From contig JBFWNS010000001.1 in NCBI GenBank assembly GCA_050250935.1, forward strand, positions 192,001 through 256,000: a stretch of 64,000 bases of DNA. Reading direction: 5' to 3'. This stretch comes from Candidatus Margulisiibacteriota bacterium (GTDB lineage Bacteria > Margulisbacteria > Marinamargulisbacteria > JBFWNS01). The translations under genes and the position numbers were made by a program. Positions 9,257-19,024 of the stretch are shown here, in pieces; within the stretch, counting starts at the first letter, position 1; each line of letters starts with the position of its first letter. A model generated the notes under the pieces. That model ran no database searches. It saw nothing but the letters and a program-made list of their open reading frames with translations, and was not told the origin of the DNA.

Positions 9257-10426
9257 ATGAGCCGTTCACGCATTAGTCAATTTGCCCAGCCCATCCGAAA
9301 CTTGATCCGCCACGAGCAGTTTAGTAGCTTTTTGTTGTTGGGTGTTACCGTAGCCGCTTTAGTGCTTGCAAATTCCAAGTGGAACTCGGTCTATTCGGCT
9401 TTTTTACACCATGACTTTGGGGTTGGTCCTTTGTCCCTTTCGGTTCATGCGTGGATCAACGACGGGCTGATGGCCTTGTTCTTTTTGTTGGTCGGCATCG
9501 AAATTAAACGGGAAATTGTTTTTGGTGAACTGACCAGCTTCAAAAAAGCCTCCCTGCCCTTTTGGGGAGCGGTTGGCGGCATGGTGGTGCCTGCAGCCGT
9601 GTTTATGCTCTTTAACCACGGTCTCCCCACAGCAGACGGCTGGGCCATTCCCATGGCCACCGATATTGCCTTTGCTTTGGCCATTTTTTTATTTTTGGGA
9701 AACCGTGTCCCAAAAGCTTTGAAAGTTTTTTTATTGGCCTTGGCCATCATCGACGATCTGGGTGCCATTACCGTGATTGCGGTGTTTTATACCCATTCTC
9801 TGGCCTGGTTGGCCCTGGGGGCAGCAGGACTGATCTGCCTTGCGCTGTTTGGTCTTCACCACCGCCGGGTTCAGAACCCCATCCCCTATCTGCTTTTGGG
9901 CACTGTGCTTTGGTTTTGTGTGCTTCAATCTGGCATTCATGCCACCATTGCCGGGGTTTTGCTGGGCTTTTTAATGCCCCTCGAAGCTGCGCATAAAACC
10001 GAGCGATGGCTCCATGTTCCCATCATTTATGGGGTTATGCCCTTGTTTTCCTTGGCCAATACCGGCATTGCTTTAAGCCCCTCGCTGTTACACAGCCTCC
10101 AAGAACCCTTGAGCCTTGGCATTTTGTTTGGGCTTATTTTGGGAAAACCCTTGGGAATTCTGTTGTTTATTGGCCTCGCACTCAAACTCAATTGGACTCA
10201 ACTGCCAACCGCCATTCGGTTCAACCATCTGATTATTGCTGCGCTTCTGGGTGGCATCGGCTTTACCATGTCGATTTTTATCACCACCTTGGCCTTCGAC
10301 AACCCCGCCCTACAAGACCAAGCCAAGTTGGCCATTGTCCTTGCTTCGACAGGATCTGCTCTCTTTGGCTATTTATACGGGAGTCTTTTGAAAGACAAGC
10401 CTAATAATCCGCCACCTGCGGTCTAA
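9257..10426 (+). CDS. nhaA: Na+/H+ antiporter NhaA
   Basis: WINDGLMALFF, GWAIPMATDIAFA, LAIIDDLGAI, GIGFTMSIFI. Confidence 0.96.
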   Translation: MSRSRISQFAQPIRNLIRHEQFSSFLLLGVTVAALVLANSKWNSVYSAFLHHDFGVGPLSLSVHAWINDGLMALFFLLVGIEIKREIVFGELTSFKKASLPFWGAVGGMVVPAAVFMLFNHGLPTADGWAIPMATDIAFALAIFLFLGNRVPKALKVFLLALAIIDDLGAITVIAVFYTHSLAWLALGAAGLICLALFGLHHRRVQNPIPYLLLGTVLWFCVLQSGIHATIAGVLLGFLMPLEAAHKTERWLHVPIIYGVMPLFSLANTGIALSPSLLHSLQEPLSLGILFGLILGKPLGILLFIGLALKLNWTQLPTAIRFNHLIIAALLGGIGFTMSIFITTLAFDNPALQDQAKLAIVLASTGSALFGYLYGSLLKDKPNNPPPAV

Positions 10427-10429
10427 AAG

Positions 10430-10474
10430 CGAAGGGCCTCTGAAAGTATGGAGCACACTTCAGAGACCCCTTCG
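10430..10474. terminator. Stem-loop between convergent nhaA and the DHS-like gene
   Basis: CGAAGGG-CCTCTGAA...TTCAGAG-ACCCCTTCG imperfect inverted repeat; only a short U-run on the minus strand. Confidence 0.55.
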
Positions 10475-10490
10475 GGATCAGACCAGGGAC

Positions 10491-11540
10491 CTAGGCTTTT
10501 TGGGTTACGAAAAGGCTGTTTAATCGTTTTTCGGTGCGGGCTGTCCAGTTCTTTTTGTGATAGGCATACCCAGCGATTAAGGGGAAGGCCACGGTGGCTT
10601 CGCTGAACACCATTTGTTCAAACACCGTATCCACTTTACCCCAAGAGCAGGCTTCTTTGAGGGTTGACCCAGATAAAGCGCCATCCCGTTCGTCAGCAAC
10701 GGTAATTTGAACGGCATATTTGTGCATGGGTACGTCGTGACCAATAATTTCGGCAGCCACCACGATGTCTTGGACAAAGTTTTTGGGAACACCGCCCCCA
10801 ATCATGATGATGCCAGACTCTTGTTTTTCGGTTTTAATTTTGGTGATTTCCAAAAAGTCGGCAGCCGAATCGATCGTCAATTTGGGGCCGGCGGTGTGGT
10901 ATTGGTGGTGGACTAACCCAAACCCAGCCGAACAATCCGAAAAGGCAGGCACAAAAATCGGAATGTCTTTTTTGTAACAGGTATGCACAATAGACTCGCT
11001 ACGGAACGGTGCATACTGGTCGTTCTGATCCAAAAATTTGCCCATTTCCCAGACAAATTCGCGAGACGAGTAGGGGCGTCTTTCTAGCGAATTACAAATG
11101 GTTGCGATGGTGTCGTCGCAAATCCGCAGATCTTCTTCATCAATAAAGGTATCGTAGATGCGGTCGATCATCAGTGAACGCAATTCTTGGTCATCCACAA
11201 AGGGGGTTCCTTTGTAGTGTGAGAAACCCAAGGCTTCGAAAAAGTCTTGGTCCACAATGTTGGCACCGGTCGACACAATGGCATCGACCATGTTGTTTTG
11301 AACCAAAGTCAAAATGGTTTTTTTAAGACCTGCGCTAATCAAAGATCCAGCCAAGGTCAAAAAGACCACGCAGTCTTTGTCCTGCTGCATTTTGTCAAAA
11401 ATGGTGGCGGCTCGGCTTAGGTTGCGGGCTTGAAAAGCCATTTCACCCATGGCATCTACCAAAGGCACCACATTGTGCTGGGTAATGTCCACGTGTTGCA
11501 CTTTTTCTTTTAAATAATCTTGTTTGGTTAATTTGCTCAT
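10491..11540 (-). CDS. Deoxyhypusine synthase-like protein (probable homospermidine-pathway enzyme, SpeY-like)
   Basis: Start ATG 11540 with GGAGAG SD; STGAN, IGGGVPKNF, DGALSGSTLKEACSWGKV carrying the active-site Lys. Confidence 0.9.
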   Translation of the reverse strand: MSKLTKQDYLKEKVQHVDITQHNVVPLVDAMGEMAFQARNLSRAATIFDKMQQDKDCVVFLTLAGSLISAGLKKTILTLVQNNMVDAIVSTGANIVDQDFFEALGFSHYKGTPFVDDQELRSLMIDRIYDTFIDEEDLRICDDTIATICNSLERRPYSSREFVWEMGKFLDQNDQYAPFRSESIVHTCYKKDIPIFVPAFSDCSAGFGLVHHQYHTAGPKLTIDSAADFLEITKIKTEKQESGIIMIGGGVPKNFVQDIVVAAEIIGHDVPMHKYAVQITVADERDGALSGSTLKEACSWGKVDTVFEQMVFSEATVAFPLIAGYAYHKKNWTARTEKRLNSLFVTQKA

Positions 11541-11593
11541 AGAACTCTCCTTAAAAAACACAAAAAAATAAAGGGTTTTGTATCATATCAACT

Positions 11594-11977
11594 CTAAACG
11601 CGGGCAATCAACTCAATTTTATAACCGTCTGGATCTTCGACGAAGGCAATTTCGGTGGTACCGTGCTTCATGGGGCCAGGTTCACGGGTAATTTTGCCAC
11701 CTTTGGCCCGAATCAAATCGCAGGTTTTATAGATGTCGGGAACCCCAACGGCCAAGTGGCCAAAGGCTGTTCCCAAGTCGTAAGTCGACACACCCCAATT
11801 GTAGGTAAGCTCCAAAACGGTGCTGGATGCCTCGTCTTCATAGCCCAAAAACGCCAGGGTAAACTTTCCTTCGGGATAGTCTTTTTGACGCAAGAGCCTC
11901 ATGCCCATGATTTCGGTGTAAAACGCAATGCTTCTTGGCAAATCTCCCACCCGTAACATCGTGTGTAAAAATCGCAT
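11594..11977 (-). CDS. gloA: Lactoylglutathione lyase (glyoxalase I)
   Basis: [33 protein letters not shown]. Confidence 0.96.
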   Translation of the reverse strand: MRFLHTMLRVGDLPRSIAFYTEIMGMRLLRQKDYPEGKFTLAFLGYEDEASSTVLELTYNWGVSTYDLGTAFGHLAVGVPDIYKTCDLIRAKGGKITREPGPMKHGTTEIAFVEDPDGYKIELIARV

Positions 11978-12144
11978 CTCCTGGTCTCCTTCTATTAAAG
12001 ATGTTGCTTTGATGAGAGCAAAAATGGTAAAAGTAGGACACTTTGTCGCCTCATCTGGCTGGATTCAACACCAACCACTGTACCATCATAGGGTACCTTT
12101 CAGGCCATCACAAACACCCATTTATTTTTTAGGAGCCTTGTTTT

Positions 12145-13953
12145 ATGTCCCATCAAGAGAAGATTCGTAACGTTGCCATTATCGCCCACGTTGACCATGG
12201 CAAAACCACATTGGTAGACCAACTTTTCCGCCAAAGCGGCACCTTCCGAGACAACCAAGTGGTCGAAGAACGTCTGATGGACTCCATGGATCTGGAACGT
12301 GAACGTGGCATTACCATTTTGTCCAAAAACTGCGCGGTCAGCTACAAAGACCATCGCATCAACATCATCGACACCCCAGGTCACGCGGATTTTGGCGGTC
12401 AGGTCGAACGGGTATTAAAGATGGCCGATGGTGCCTTGTTGTTGGTGGATGCAGCCGAAGGGCCCATGCCTCAAACCTATTTCGTTTTGAAAAAAGCCCT
12501 TGCCCTGCATTTGCCCGTCATCGTGGTGATTAACAAAATCGATAAACCTGCCGCCAGACCCGACTGGGTGATCGACCAAGTTTTTGATCTCTTTGTTCGA
12601 CTGAACGCCCCAGACGATATTTTGGATTTCCCCATTCTTTATGCGTCCGCCAAAGAAGGATTTGCCAAACTGGAACTGGAAGACGAAAACGTCAACATGG
12701 CCCCCTTGTTCGATCTGGTCATCGAAAAGTTGCCTTGTCCCAAAGGCGATGCAGCAGGACCCGTTCAATTGTTGGTCAGCTCTATCGACTATTCGACCTT
12801 CTTGGGCCGGTTGGGTCTTGGTAAAGTCACTTCCGGTCAGTTAAAAGTCAATCAAGACATTGTGGTGTCCAAAGGCGATGGCGCTTTAAAATCAGCCCGT
12901 ATCACCAAAATTTATCAGTTTTCTGGCAACGACAAAATCGAAGCGCCCTCTGCTGCTGTTGGCGATATTATCGCAGTGGCGGGTATCGAAGACATCATGG
13001 TTGGCGAAACCATTACGGACCCAACCAATCCGATTCCGCTTCCCACCCTCGAAATTGACCCCCCAACCATTTCCATGAACTTCATTCCCAACGATTCTCC
13101 GTTTTCGGGAAAAGAGGGCAAATTTGTTACCTCTCGCCACATTCGGGATCGTTTGGAAAAAGAAATTTTGTCGGATGTGGCCTTGCAAGTGGAAGAACTT
13201 TCGGATGCACCAGGCTATAAAGTTTCTGGACGTGGGGAATTGCATTTGTCGATTTTGATCGAAAAAATGCGCCGCGAAGGCTACGAATTTCAAGTCACAC
13301 GTCCCCGCGTTATTTTCAAAGAAGAAGGCGGCAAACGGCTGGAACCCTACGAAGAATTAACCATCGATGTGGAAGAAGCCTATTCGGGCAAGGTTATTGA
13401 AAACCTGGGCACCCGAAAAGGGATTTTAATGGAAATGCACCAAGACAACGGCATGACCCGTCTTAAATACAAAATCCCCACCCGCGGCCTTTTGGGTTTC
13501 AAATCCGAGTTTATGACCCTGACCAAAGGCATGGGCACCATGAACTATGTGTTTTTCGAATACGATGCTTATGCTGGCGAAATTAAGAACCGCAAAAATG
13601 GGGTTCTGATTTCCAAAGAAACCGACACCACCGTGGCCTATGCCCTCTTTAATATTCAAGAGCGTGGTAGACTATTCTTACCGGCTGGTGTTTCGGTATA
13701 CGAAGGTCAGATCATTGGCGAAAATGCCCGAGACGACGATATGGTGGTCAATCCAGCCAAAGGCAAAAAACTGACCAACATGCGGGCCTCCGGATCGGAT
13801 GATGCCGTTATTTTAACCCCACCCACCCTCATGAGTTTGGAACAATGTATTTCGTACATCAATGACGACGAGTTGGTTGAAGTCACACCACAATCCATTA
13901 GGCTTCGGAAGGTTTATCTGAATGAAAACGACCGAAAACGGGCCCGAAACTAG
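12145..13953 (+). CDS. typA: Translational GTPase TypA/BipA
   Basis: [49 protein letters not shown]. Confidence 0.98.
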   Translation: MSHQEKIRNVAIIAHVDHGKTTLVDQLFRQSGTFRDNQVVEERLMDSMDLERERGITILSKNCAVSYKDHRINIIDTPGHADFGGQVERVLKMADGALLLVDAAEGPMPQTYFVLKKALALHLPVIVVINKIDKPAARPDWVIDQVFDLFVRLNAPDDILDFPILYASAKEGFAKLELEDENVNMAPLFDLVIEKLPCPKGDAAGPVQLLVSSIDYSTFLGRLGLGKVTSGQLKVNQDIVVSKGDGALKSARITKIYQFSGNDKIEAPSAAVGDIIAVAGIEDIMVGETITDPTNPIPLPTLEIDPPTISMNFIPNDSPFSGKEGKFVTSRHIRDRLEKEILSDVALQVEELSDAPGYKVSGRGELHLSILIEKMRREGYEFQVTRPRVIFKEEGGKRLEPYEELTIDVEEAYSGKVIENLGTRKGILMEMHQDNGMTRLKYKIPTRGLLGFKSEFMTLTKGMGTMNYVFFEYDAYAGEIKNRKNGVLISKETDTTVAYALFNIQERGRLFLPAGVSVYEGQIIGENARDDDMVVNPAKGKKLTNMRASGSDDAVILTPPTLMSLEQCISYINDDELVEVTPQSIRLRKVYLNENDRKRARN

Positions 13954-14920
13954 CCCCATCCTCCTGATTGAAGACAGTCCCTTTCTAGAGCCCATTCTCG
14001 CGGCTCATTTTCCCATTGCGCTGTATTCGACGGTGGATGCAGCCTTGGGGGCCTACCAAAACACGCCCTTGGATTTCACCCTGATTTTGATCAGTGGCAC
14101 ACCCCAAGGGCAATCGCCCCAGGCCCTGGTTTCGGCCTTTCGGGACATCAGCCCTGCCACAGAAGTGGTGGTCTTTTGCAAAGACAAACGCCTGGATCTG
14201 GCCGTCGAGGTCATGAAGGCTGGGGCCTACGATTTTATTTATCCCCCCTTTACCCCCAGCAGCTTGGTGGCCAAAATGGCCATTTTGTTGCGATCGGCCC
14301 ATTCGCTTAAAAACATCATTTCATCGTCTCAAAAAACAACGCCGAAACCCGATGCCCCCACTCACCGTCCCCACGTGTTGTTGGTGGAAGACGAGCATCA
14401 CTATCGCATTCTCACCACCGATTTGCTTAGCGACCACTACCGCATCACCAGCGCCGGAACGGCTGCCGAAGCCGTGGCCCTATACAAGGCCGACCCCAGC
14501 ATCGATTTGGTACTCTTGGACATTGGCCTTCCCGACATGAATGGGGACAAGGTTTTGGAACATCTCCAGGCCATTCGTCCCTGTTTGTTTTTAATTCTAA
14601 CGGCTTTTCGCGATATCGATTTGGCGGTAAAAACCCTGCGAGATGGGGCCATCGATTTTATTAACAAGCCCTTTTCAGAACCTCTGTTACTTCGCACTCT
14701 TCAGCGCATTTTTCAGTCCACGGGTCCTCAGACCGAAATGCCCCAGTCCGCAGGGCTCTTGGCCTTGGAAAAACGCTATCAAGAGACTCACCAGCTGACT
14801 GTCGAAGATATCCTGGTCCACTTTCCAGAACTGGATTCGCCGACCTTACGCAGCTATACCGTCATTCCCGATGCTTGGTTGGCCTGGGGCATCAAGCCGT
14901 TTTTGGATCGGTTGAGCTAG
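13922..14920 (+). CDS. Tandem receiver-domain response regulator with no recognisable DNA-binding output
   Basis: REC2 intact (LLVEDE, LVLLDIGLPDMNG, LTA, FINKPF); REC1 degenerate; start uncertain (overlaps typA by 32 nt). Confidence 0.8.
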   Translation: MKTTENGPETSPILLIEDSPFLEPILAAHFPIALYSTVDAALGAYQNTPLDFTLILISGTPQGQSPQALVSAFRDISPATEVVVFCKDKRLDLAVEVMKAGAYDFIYPPFTPSSLVAKMAILLRSAHSLKNIISSSQKTTPKPDAPTHRPHVLLVEDEHHYRILTTDLLSDHYRITSAGTAAEAVALYKADPSIDLVLLDIGLPDMNGDKVLEHLQAIRPCLFLILTAFRDIDLAVKTLRDGAIDFINKPFSEPLLLRTLQRIFQSTGPQTEMPQSAGLLALEKRYQETHQLTVEDILVHFPELDSPTLRSYTVIPDAWLAWGIKPFLDRLS

Positions 14921-16151
14921 GGATAAAAATCCGAAATGTTGTTCCCGCATTTGGGGTAGATTCCACTTCGATTTTACCGTGGTGATCGTGAATAATGTTC
15001 AAGACCATGGCCAGCCCTAGGCCATTGTTGTCGGATTTGGTGGTGAAAAAGGGGTCGAAAATTTTGGCCAAATGCACCGCATCGATGCCGCAACCGGTGT
15101 CGGCAATTCGAATTTCAATCCCCGTTTTGGGTTGTCCTTTTCGGTCTACAAAATCAGTCATCGTCGTTTGCACTTTCACCATTCCCCCTTCTGGCGTGGC
15201 TTCAATGGCATTGAGCACCACATTCACCAAAGCCTGATGCAAGCGATTCGGATCTCCCACGAACTCGGGTAGATTCTCGGTCTGCTTTTCAAGGGTAATC
15301 TGCTGTTTTCGACATTCCCCTTCTGCCATCAAACAAATGTCGTCGACCAACTGGTTAATCGAAAAAACTTCCCGGTCTTTAACCACGGCTCCCCCATATT
15401 TGAGCATGGTGTCCGTAATCTCGATCAGGCGAAAAACACTGTTTTTAACCATAGTGGCATATTCCAAAACCTTGGGTTTATCGTCGATGCGTTTGATCAA
15501 CAACTCCATCCCACTCAACACCATGCCCATGGGATTGTTAATTTCGTGGGCGATGCTGCGGGTTAGCCTGGCATAGGCCGAATGTTGGGCCACTTGTTCG
15601 GCAAATCGAATGTTTTTAAGCTGACCCAAGGTTCTTTCTATTAGGCCTGAAGCCGTTTGAATAAATAACTTATCTTTTTTTGAAAAGGGCAACCCACCGT
15701 CTTTGGGCCCCAAAAAAACCATCGCTTCTGCAGTCCGGTTTTGCATAATAAAGAAAATCGCCCCTTGGGTTGGATTGGGCTTAAACGACCGACGTTTCGG
15801 CGGTCTGGAATGCGACAATGGCATAGCATCCAACAGCAGCACTTGTGTGAATGAAACCTGCAAAACCTCGGCCATATGCTGGCAAGCCACCTCCAACAAG
15901 GCCTGCTTGTGATGCACCGAAAACAAGACTTGCTGGAGCCCCGAAATCGCCAGATCAAAATCGTACCAATCCGGCACGATGGCCCTTTCCAACCGTTTGC
16001 GAAGCCGCCGCTCCCAACGACCACCCCACACCATGGCCACCAACAAGACACCGGCCAGAGTTGCCTCAAAAGACACCAGCTGTCGCAGCCCAGCCCCCAA
16101 CCCAAAAAAGAATCCAATCATCACAATCAAGGACGCCAACCGAATGGCCAT
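14892..16151 (-). CDS. Membrane-anchored sensor histidine kinase (NtrB-like transmitter)
   Basis: H-box IAHEINNPM, N-box NVVLNAIEA, DTGCGI, FDPFFTTK, GLGL; two N-terminal TM segments; start moved to ATG 16151 because the longer ORF crosses tRNA-His. Confidence 0.88.
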   Translation of the reverse strand: MAIRLASLIVMIGFFFGLGAGLRQLVSFEATLAGVLLVAMVWGGRWERRLRKRLERAIVPDWYDFDLAISGLQQVLFSVHHKQALLEVACQHMAEVLQVSFTQVLLLDAMPLSHSRPPKRRSFKPNPTQGAIFFIMQNRTAEAMVFLGPKDGGLPFSKKDKLFIQTASGLIERTLGQLKNIRFAEQVAQHSAYARLTRSIAHEINNPMGMVLSGMELLIKRIDDKPKVLEYATMVKNSVFRLIEITDTMLKYGGAVVKDREVFSINQLVDDICLMAEGECRKQQITLEKQTENLPEFVGDPNRLHQALVNVVLNAIEATPEGGMVKVQTTMTDFVDRKGQPKTGIEIRIADTGCGIDAVHLAKIFDPFFTTKSDNNGLGLAMVLNIIHDHHGKIEVESTPNAGTTFRIFIPSSTDPKTA

Positions 16152-16224
16152 CGCCCTTAAAACGCCCCAGGCAAGAAGTTGGCTTTGATTTTTCAAGAAA
16201 GTTCGGTAGAATGAGCGCCGGCTT

Positions 16225-16301
16225 GGTGGACGTAGCTCAGTTGGTAGAGCAGCGGATTGTGGTTCCGCTGGTCGTGGGTTCGAGTCCCATCGTTCACCCC
16301 A
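16225..16301 (+). tRNA. tRNA-His(GTG) with genome-encoded G-1
   Basis: G-GTGGACG...CGTTCAC-C-CCA, anticodon loop TTGTGGT. Confidence 0.96.
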
Positions 16302-16349
16302 TTTTGTGCCTTGCATCTTGGTTGTATCCTACTACCCTTGCCAAGGCCC

Positions 16350-16378
16350 TTGCAAATTCAAGCAACCTTCTTTATAAC
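16350..16378 (+). promoter_or_regulatory. Putative sigma70 promoter directly before the rmuC ATG (leaderless)
   Basis: TTGCAA-17 bp-TATAAC-6 nt-ATG; no SD. Confidence 0.6.
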
Positions 16379-16384
16379 ACCTCC

Positions 16385-17626
16385 ATGCTTTTATTTATTC
16401 TTTTGGCCCTAGGCCTGGTCCAATTGGGTGTGCTTGTAGTGGTTTGGAAACGAACCGAAACCGCCGCTTCAACCCCTCAACTTGCAGAACTCACCCTCGA
16501 GCTTCGGTTACTGGTTAAAGCCATTTCGGATACTGAAAACCGACTTCTTAAAGACCTCAACACCCTCAGAACCGATAACCAAGTCCTTGCAAAAATGGGA
16601 CGGGACGAACAGCATCAGCACCTTTCTGCCCTAACCCAAAGCAACGATGTCAAACTCGAAGCGTTGCGCGCCACCATCGAAAAACGGCTCGAATTGCTGC
16701 AAAACGATAACAATCAAAAACTCGAGCAAATGCGGGTTACGGTGGACGAAAAACTGCACGCCACCCTGGAAAAAAGACTGGGCGAATCCTTTCAATTGGT
16801 CAGCAATCGGTTGGAATTGGTTCACAAGGGATTGGGGGAAATGCAAAGTTTGGCCACCGGCGTTGGGGATCTCAAAAAAGTGCTCAGCAACGTCAAAACC
16901 CGGGGACTCTGGGGCGAAATTCAGCTTAGCAATCTCTTAACCCAATTTTTGTCTCCCGAACAATTTGCCACCAACGTCAAAACCAAACCAGGTAGTAACG
17001 ACGCCGTTGAATTTGCCATAAAATTGCCCGGCCAAGGCTCCCACGAAGTCTGGCTTCCCATCGACGCCAAATTCCCACAAGATGCCTATCTTCATTTGGT
17101 TTCGGCCCAAGATCAAGGCAACGCAGACGCCATTGCCGATGCCACCAAACAGCTGGAACAACGCCTCAAAAGTTTTGCCAAAGACATCGCCACCAAATAC
17201 ATCGAAACCCCTTATACCACCGATTTTGGGATTTTATTTTTGCCCACAGAAGGGCTCTATGCAGAAGTGTTGCGCCTGCCTGGCCTCGCCGAAACCCTGC
17301 AGCAAGACCACCGCATCATGGTCGCCGGCCCCACCACTTTGGTGGCCTTGCTCAACAGCTTGCAACTGGGCTTCCGAACCCTGGTGATCGAAAAACGATC
17401 CAGCGAGGTTTGGTCCTTGTTGGGAACAGTTAAAACCGAATTTGGTAAATTTGGGGATTTATTGGAAAAAACCCATAAAAAACTTCAAGAAGCCGGGAAT
17501 ACCATCGAAGATGCCGCCCGAAAAACAAGAACCATCGAACGTCGGCTAAGGGACGTGAACTCCACCCCAGAACCCGGCACATCTTCAGGGCCCCTGTTTA
17601 CGGAACAGCGGTTAATGCTAGAATAA
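16385..17626 (+). CDS. rmuC: DNA recombination protein RmuC
   Basis: N-terminal TM, coiled coil, KTRGLWGEIQL, LPIDAKFP, FLPTEGLYAEV, AGPTTL; start moved to ATG 16385. Confidence 0.95.
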   Translation: MLLFILLALGLVQLGVLVVVWKRTETAASTPQLAELTLELRLLVKAISDTENRLLKDLNTLRTDNQVLAKMGRDEQHQHLSALTQSNDVKLEALRATIEKRLELLQNDNNQKLEQMRVTVDEKLHATLEKRLGESFQLVSNRLELVHKGLGEMQSLATGVGDLKKVLSNVKTRGLWGEIQLSNLLTQFLSPEQFATNVKTKPGSNDAVEFAIKLPGQGSHEVWLPIDAKFPQDAYLHLVSAQDQGNADAIADATKQLEQRLKSFAKDIATKYIETPYTTDFGILFLPTEGLYAEVLRLPGLAETLQQDHRIMVAGPTTLVALLNSLQLGFRTLVIEKRSSEVWSLLGTVKTEFGKFGDLLEKTHKKLQEAGNTIEDAARKTRTIERRLRDVNSTPEPGTSSGPLFTEQRLMLE

Positions 17627-17631
17627 CCCCC

Positions 17632-18507
17632 ATGACACCCCGATTTGGCCGCATCATTACCGCCATGATTACCCCTTTTGACGACAACGGCGACGTCAAC
17701 TTCGACGAAGCCATTCGCATTGGAGAGTATTTAACCCAGAACGGCACCGATGCCCTTTTGTTGGCCGGGACCACCGGGGAATCCCCGACCCTATCCCACG
17801 ACGAAGAATTCGAGCTGTTTCGGGTCATGATCCGTCATTTTAAAGGCAAAGTCCCCATTGTGGTTGGGACTGGCTCGAATGCCACAGCCACGGCCATTGC
17901 CGCCACCCAAGAAGCCGAAAAATTGGGTGCTGATGCCACCTTGCAAGTGGTTCCCTACTACAACAAACCCCCTCAAGAAGGGATTTATCAACACTTCAAA
18001 GCCATTGCCGAAAATACAGACCTTCCCCTGATTTTATACAACATCCCAGGAAGAACTTCCCGCAACATGGATCCTGAGACCCTCGAAAAATTGGCCAGAA
18101 TCCCCAACATTGTTGCAATCAAGGAATCCGCCGGCAGTGTCGAACAAATGCGCGCTATGCGCCAAATGACCCCTTCTGACTTTGATATCTATTCCGGAGA
18201 CGACGGACTAACCCTCGATTTTATGGCTGAAGGGGCTTGTGGGGTCATTTCGGTTGCTGCTCACTGCGTCGGCCCACAGATGAAAACCATGATCGACGCC
18301 TTTGTGTCTGGTCACCACGATCAGGCTCGGGTTATCGAAACAACCCTCAAACCCCTTTTTGAAGGGCTTTTTGTCACCACAAATCCCATTTTGGTTAAAG
18401 CGGCCATGGCCCTTAAAGGCTTTTCTGTTGGTGTGCCCAGATTGCCTCTGGTTCCGGCCACAGAAACCGAAAAAACCATTCTAAAAGGTCTTCTAGACGC
18501 CCTTTAG
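17632..18507 (+). CDS. dapA: 4-hydroxy-tetrahydrodipicolinate synthase
   Basis: GTTGESPTL, PYYNKP, LYNIPGRT, Schiff-base Lys in AIKES. Confidence 0.97.
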   Translation: MTPRFGRIITAMITPFDDNGDVNFDEAIRIGEYLTQNGTDALLLAGTTGESPTLSHDEEFELFRVMIRHFKGKVPIVVGTGSNATATAIAATQEAEKLGADATLQVVPYYNKPPQEGIYQHFKAIAENTDLPLILYNIPGRTSRNMDPETLEKLARIPNIVAIKESAGSVEQMRAMRQMTPSDFDIYSGDDGLTLDFMAEGACGVISVAAHCVGPQMKTMIDAFVSGHHDQARVIETTLKPLFEGLFVTTNPILVKAAMALKGFSVGVPRLPLVPATETEKTILKGLLDAL

Positions 18508-18535
18508 ATTCCCCCCTTTTTTACCGATCTATCGC

Positions 18536-19021
18536 TTAGTGGTGGTGGTGGTGGTGACCGCCTGGAGAGTGCGCGTGTCCATGTTCCAATTCTTCGGAAG
18601 TAGCCTCTCTGACCGAGGTAATTTCAACATCAAAATGCAAGGTTTCCCCTGCCAAAGGATGATTGGCATCCAACAACACTTCGTCTTCTAAGATCTCATT
18701 TACAATATACGAGATCACGCCATTTTCGGTTTCGCAATCCAATTCCATACCCAATTCCAGGGTTACATCTTCAGGAAAAACGGTTTTGGGATATTTATGA
18801 AGCAAGGTTTCATCATAAGTTCCATAGGCTTCTTCTGGTGCAACCGTCACTTGCTTTTTATCGCCAACCTTAGACCCTTCCAAAGCCTTTTCTAGGCCTG
18901 GAATGATGTTTTTATGGCCATGTAAATAATCCAAAGGCGTTGTTGAAGCATCCAATTCTTGGCCTTCGCTATTGGTCAAACGATAGGTAAATCCGGCTAC
19001 GGTGTTTGCTGCAATTTTCAT
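18536..19021 (-). CDS. slyD: FKBP-type peptidyl-prolyl isomerase SlyD
   Basis: YLHGHKNIIPGLEKAL, DANHPLAGETLHF, His-rich tail. Confidence 0.95.
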   Translation of the reverse strand: MKIAANTVAGFTYRLTNSEGQELDASTTPLDYLHGHKNIIPGLEKALEGSKVGDKKQVTVAPEEAYGTYDETLLHKYPKTVFPEDVTLELGMELDCETENGVISYIVNEILEDEVLLDANHPLAGETLHFDVEITSVREATSEELEHGHAHSPGGHHHHHH

Positions 19022-19024
19022 TCA

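Noticed and set aside
15851..16384. N-terminal extensions of the RmuC ORF (from 15851) and the kinase ORF (from 16316)
   Set aside because: Both run through tRNA-His and each other; better starts exist at 16385 and 16151.
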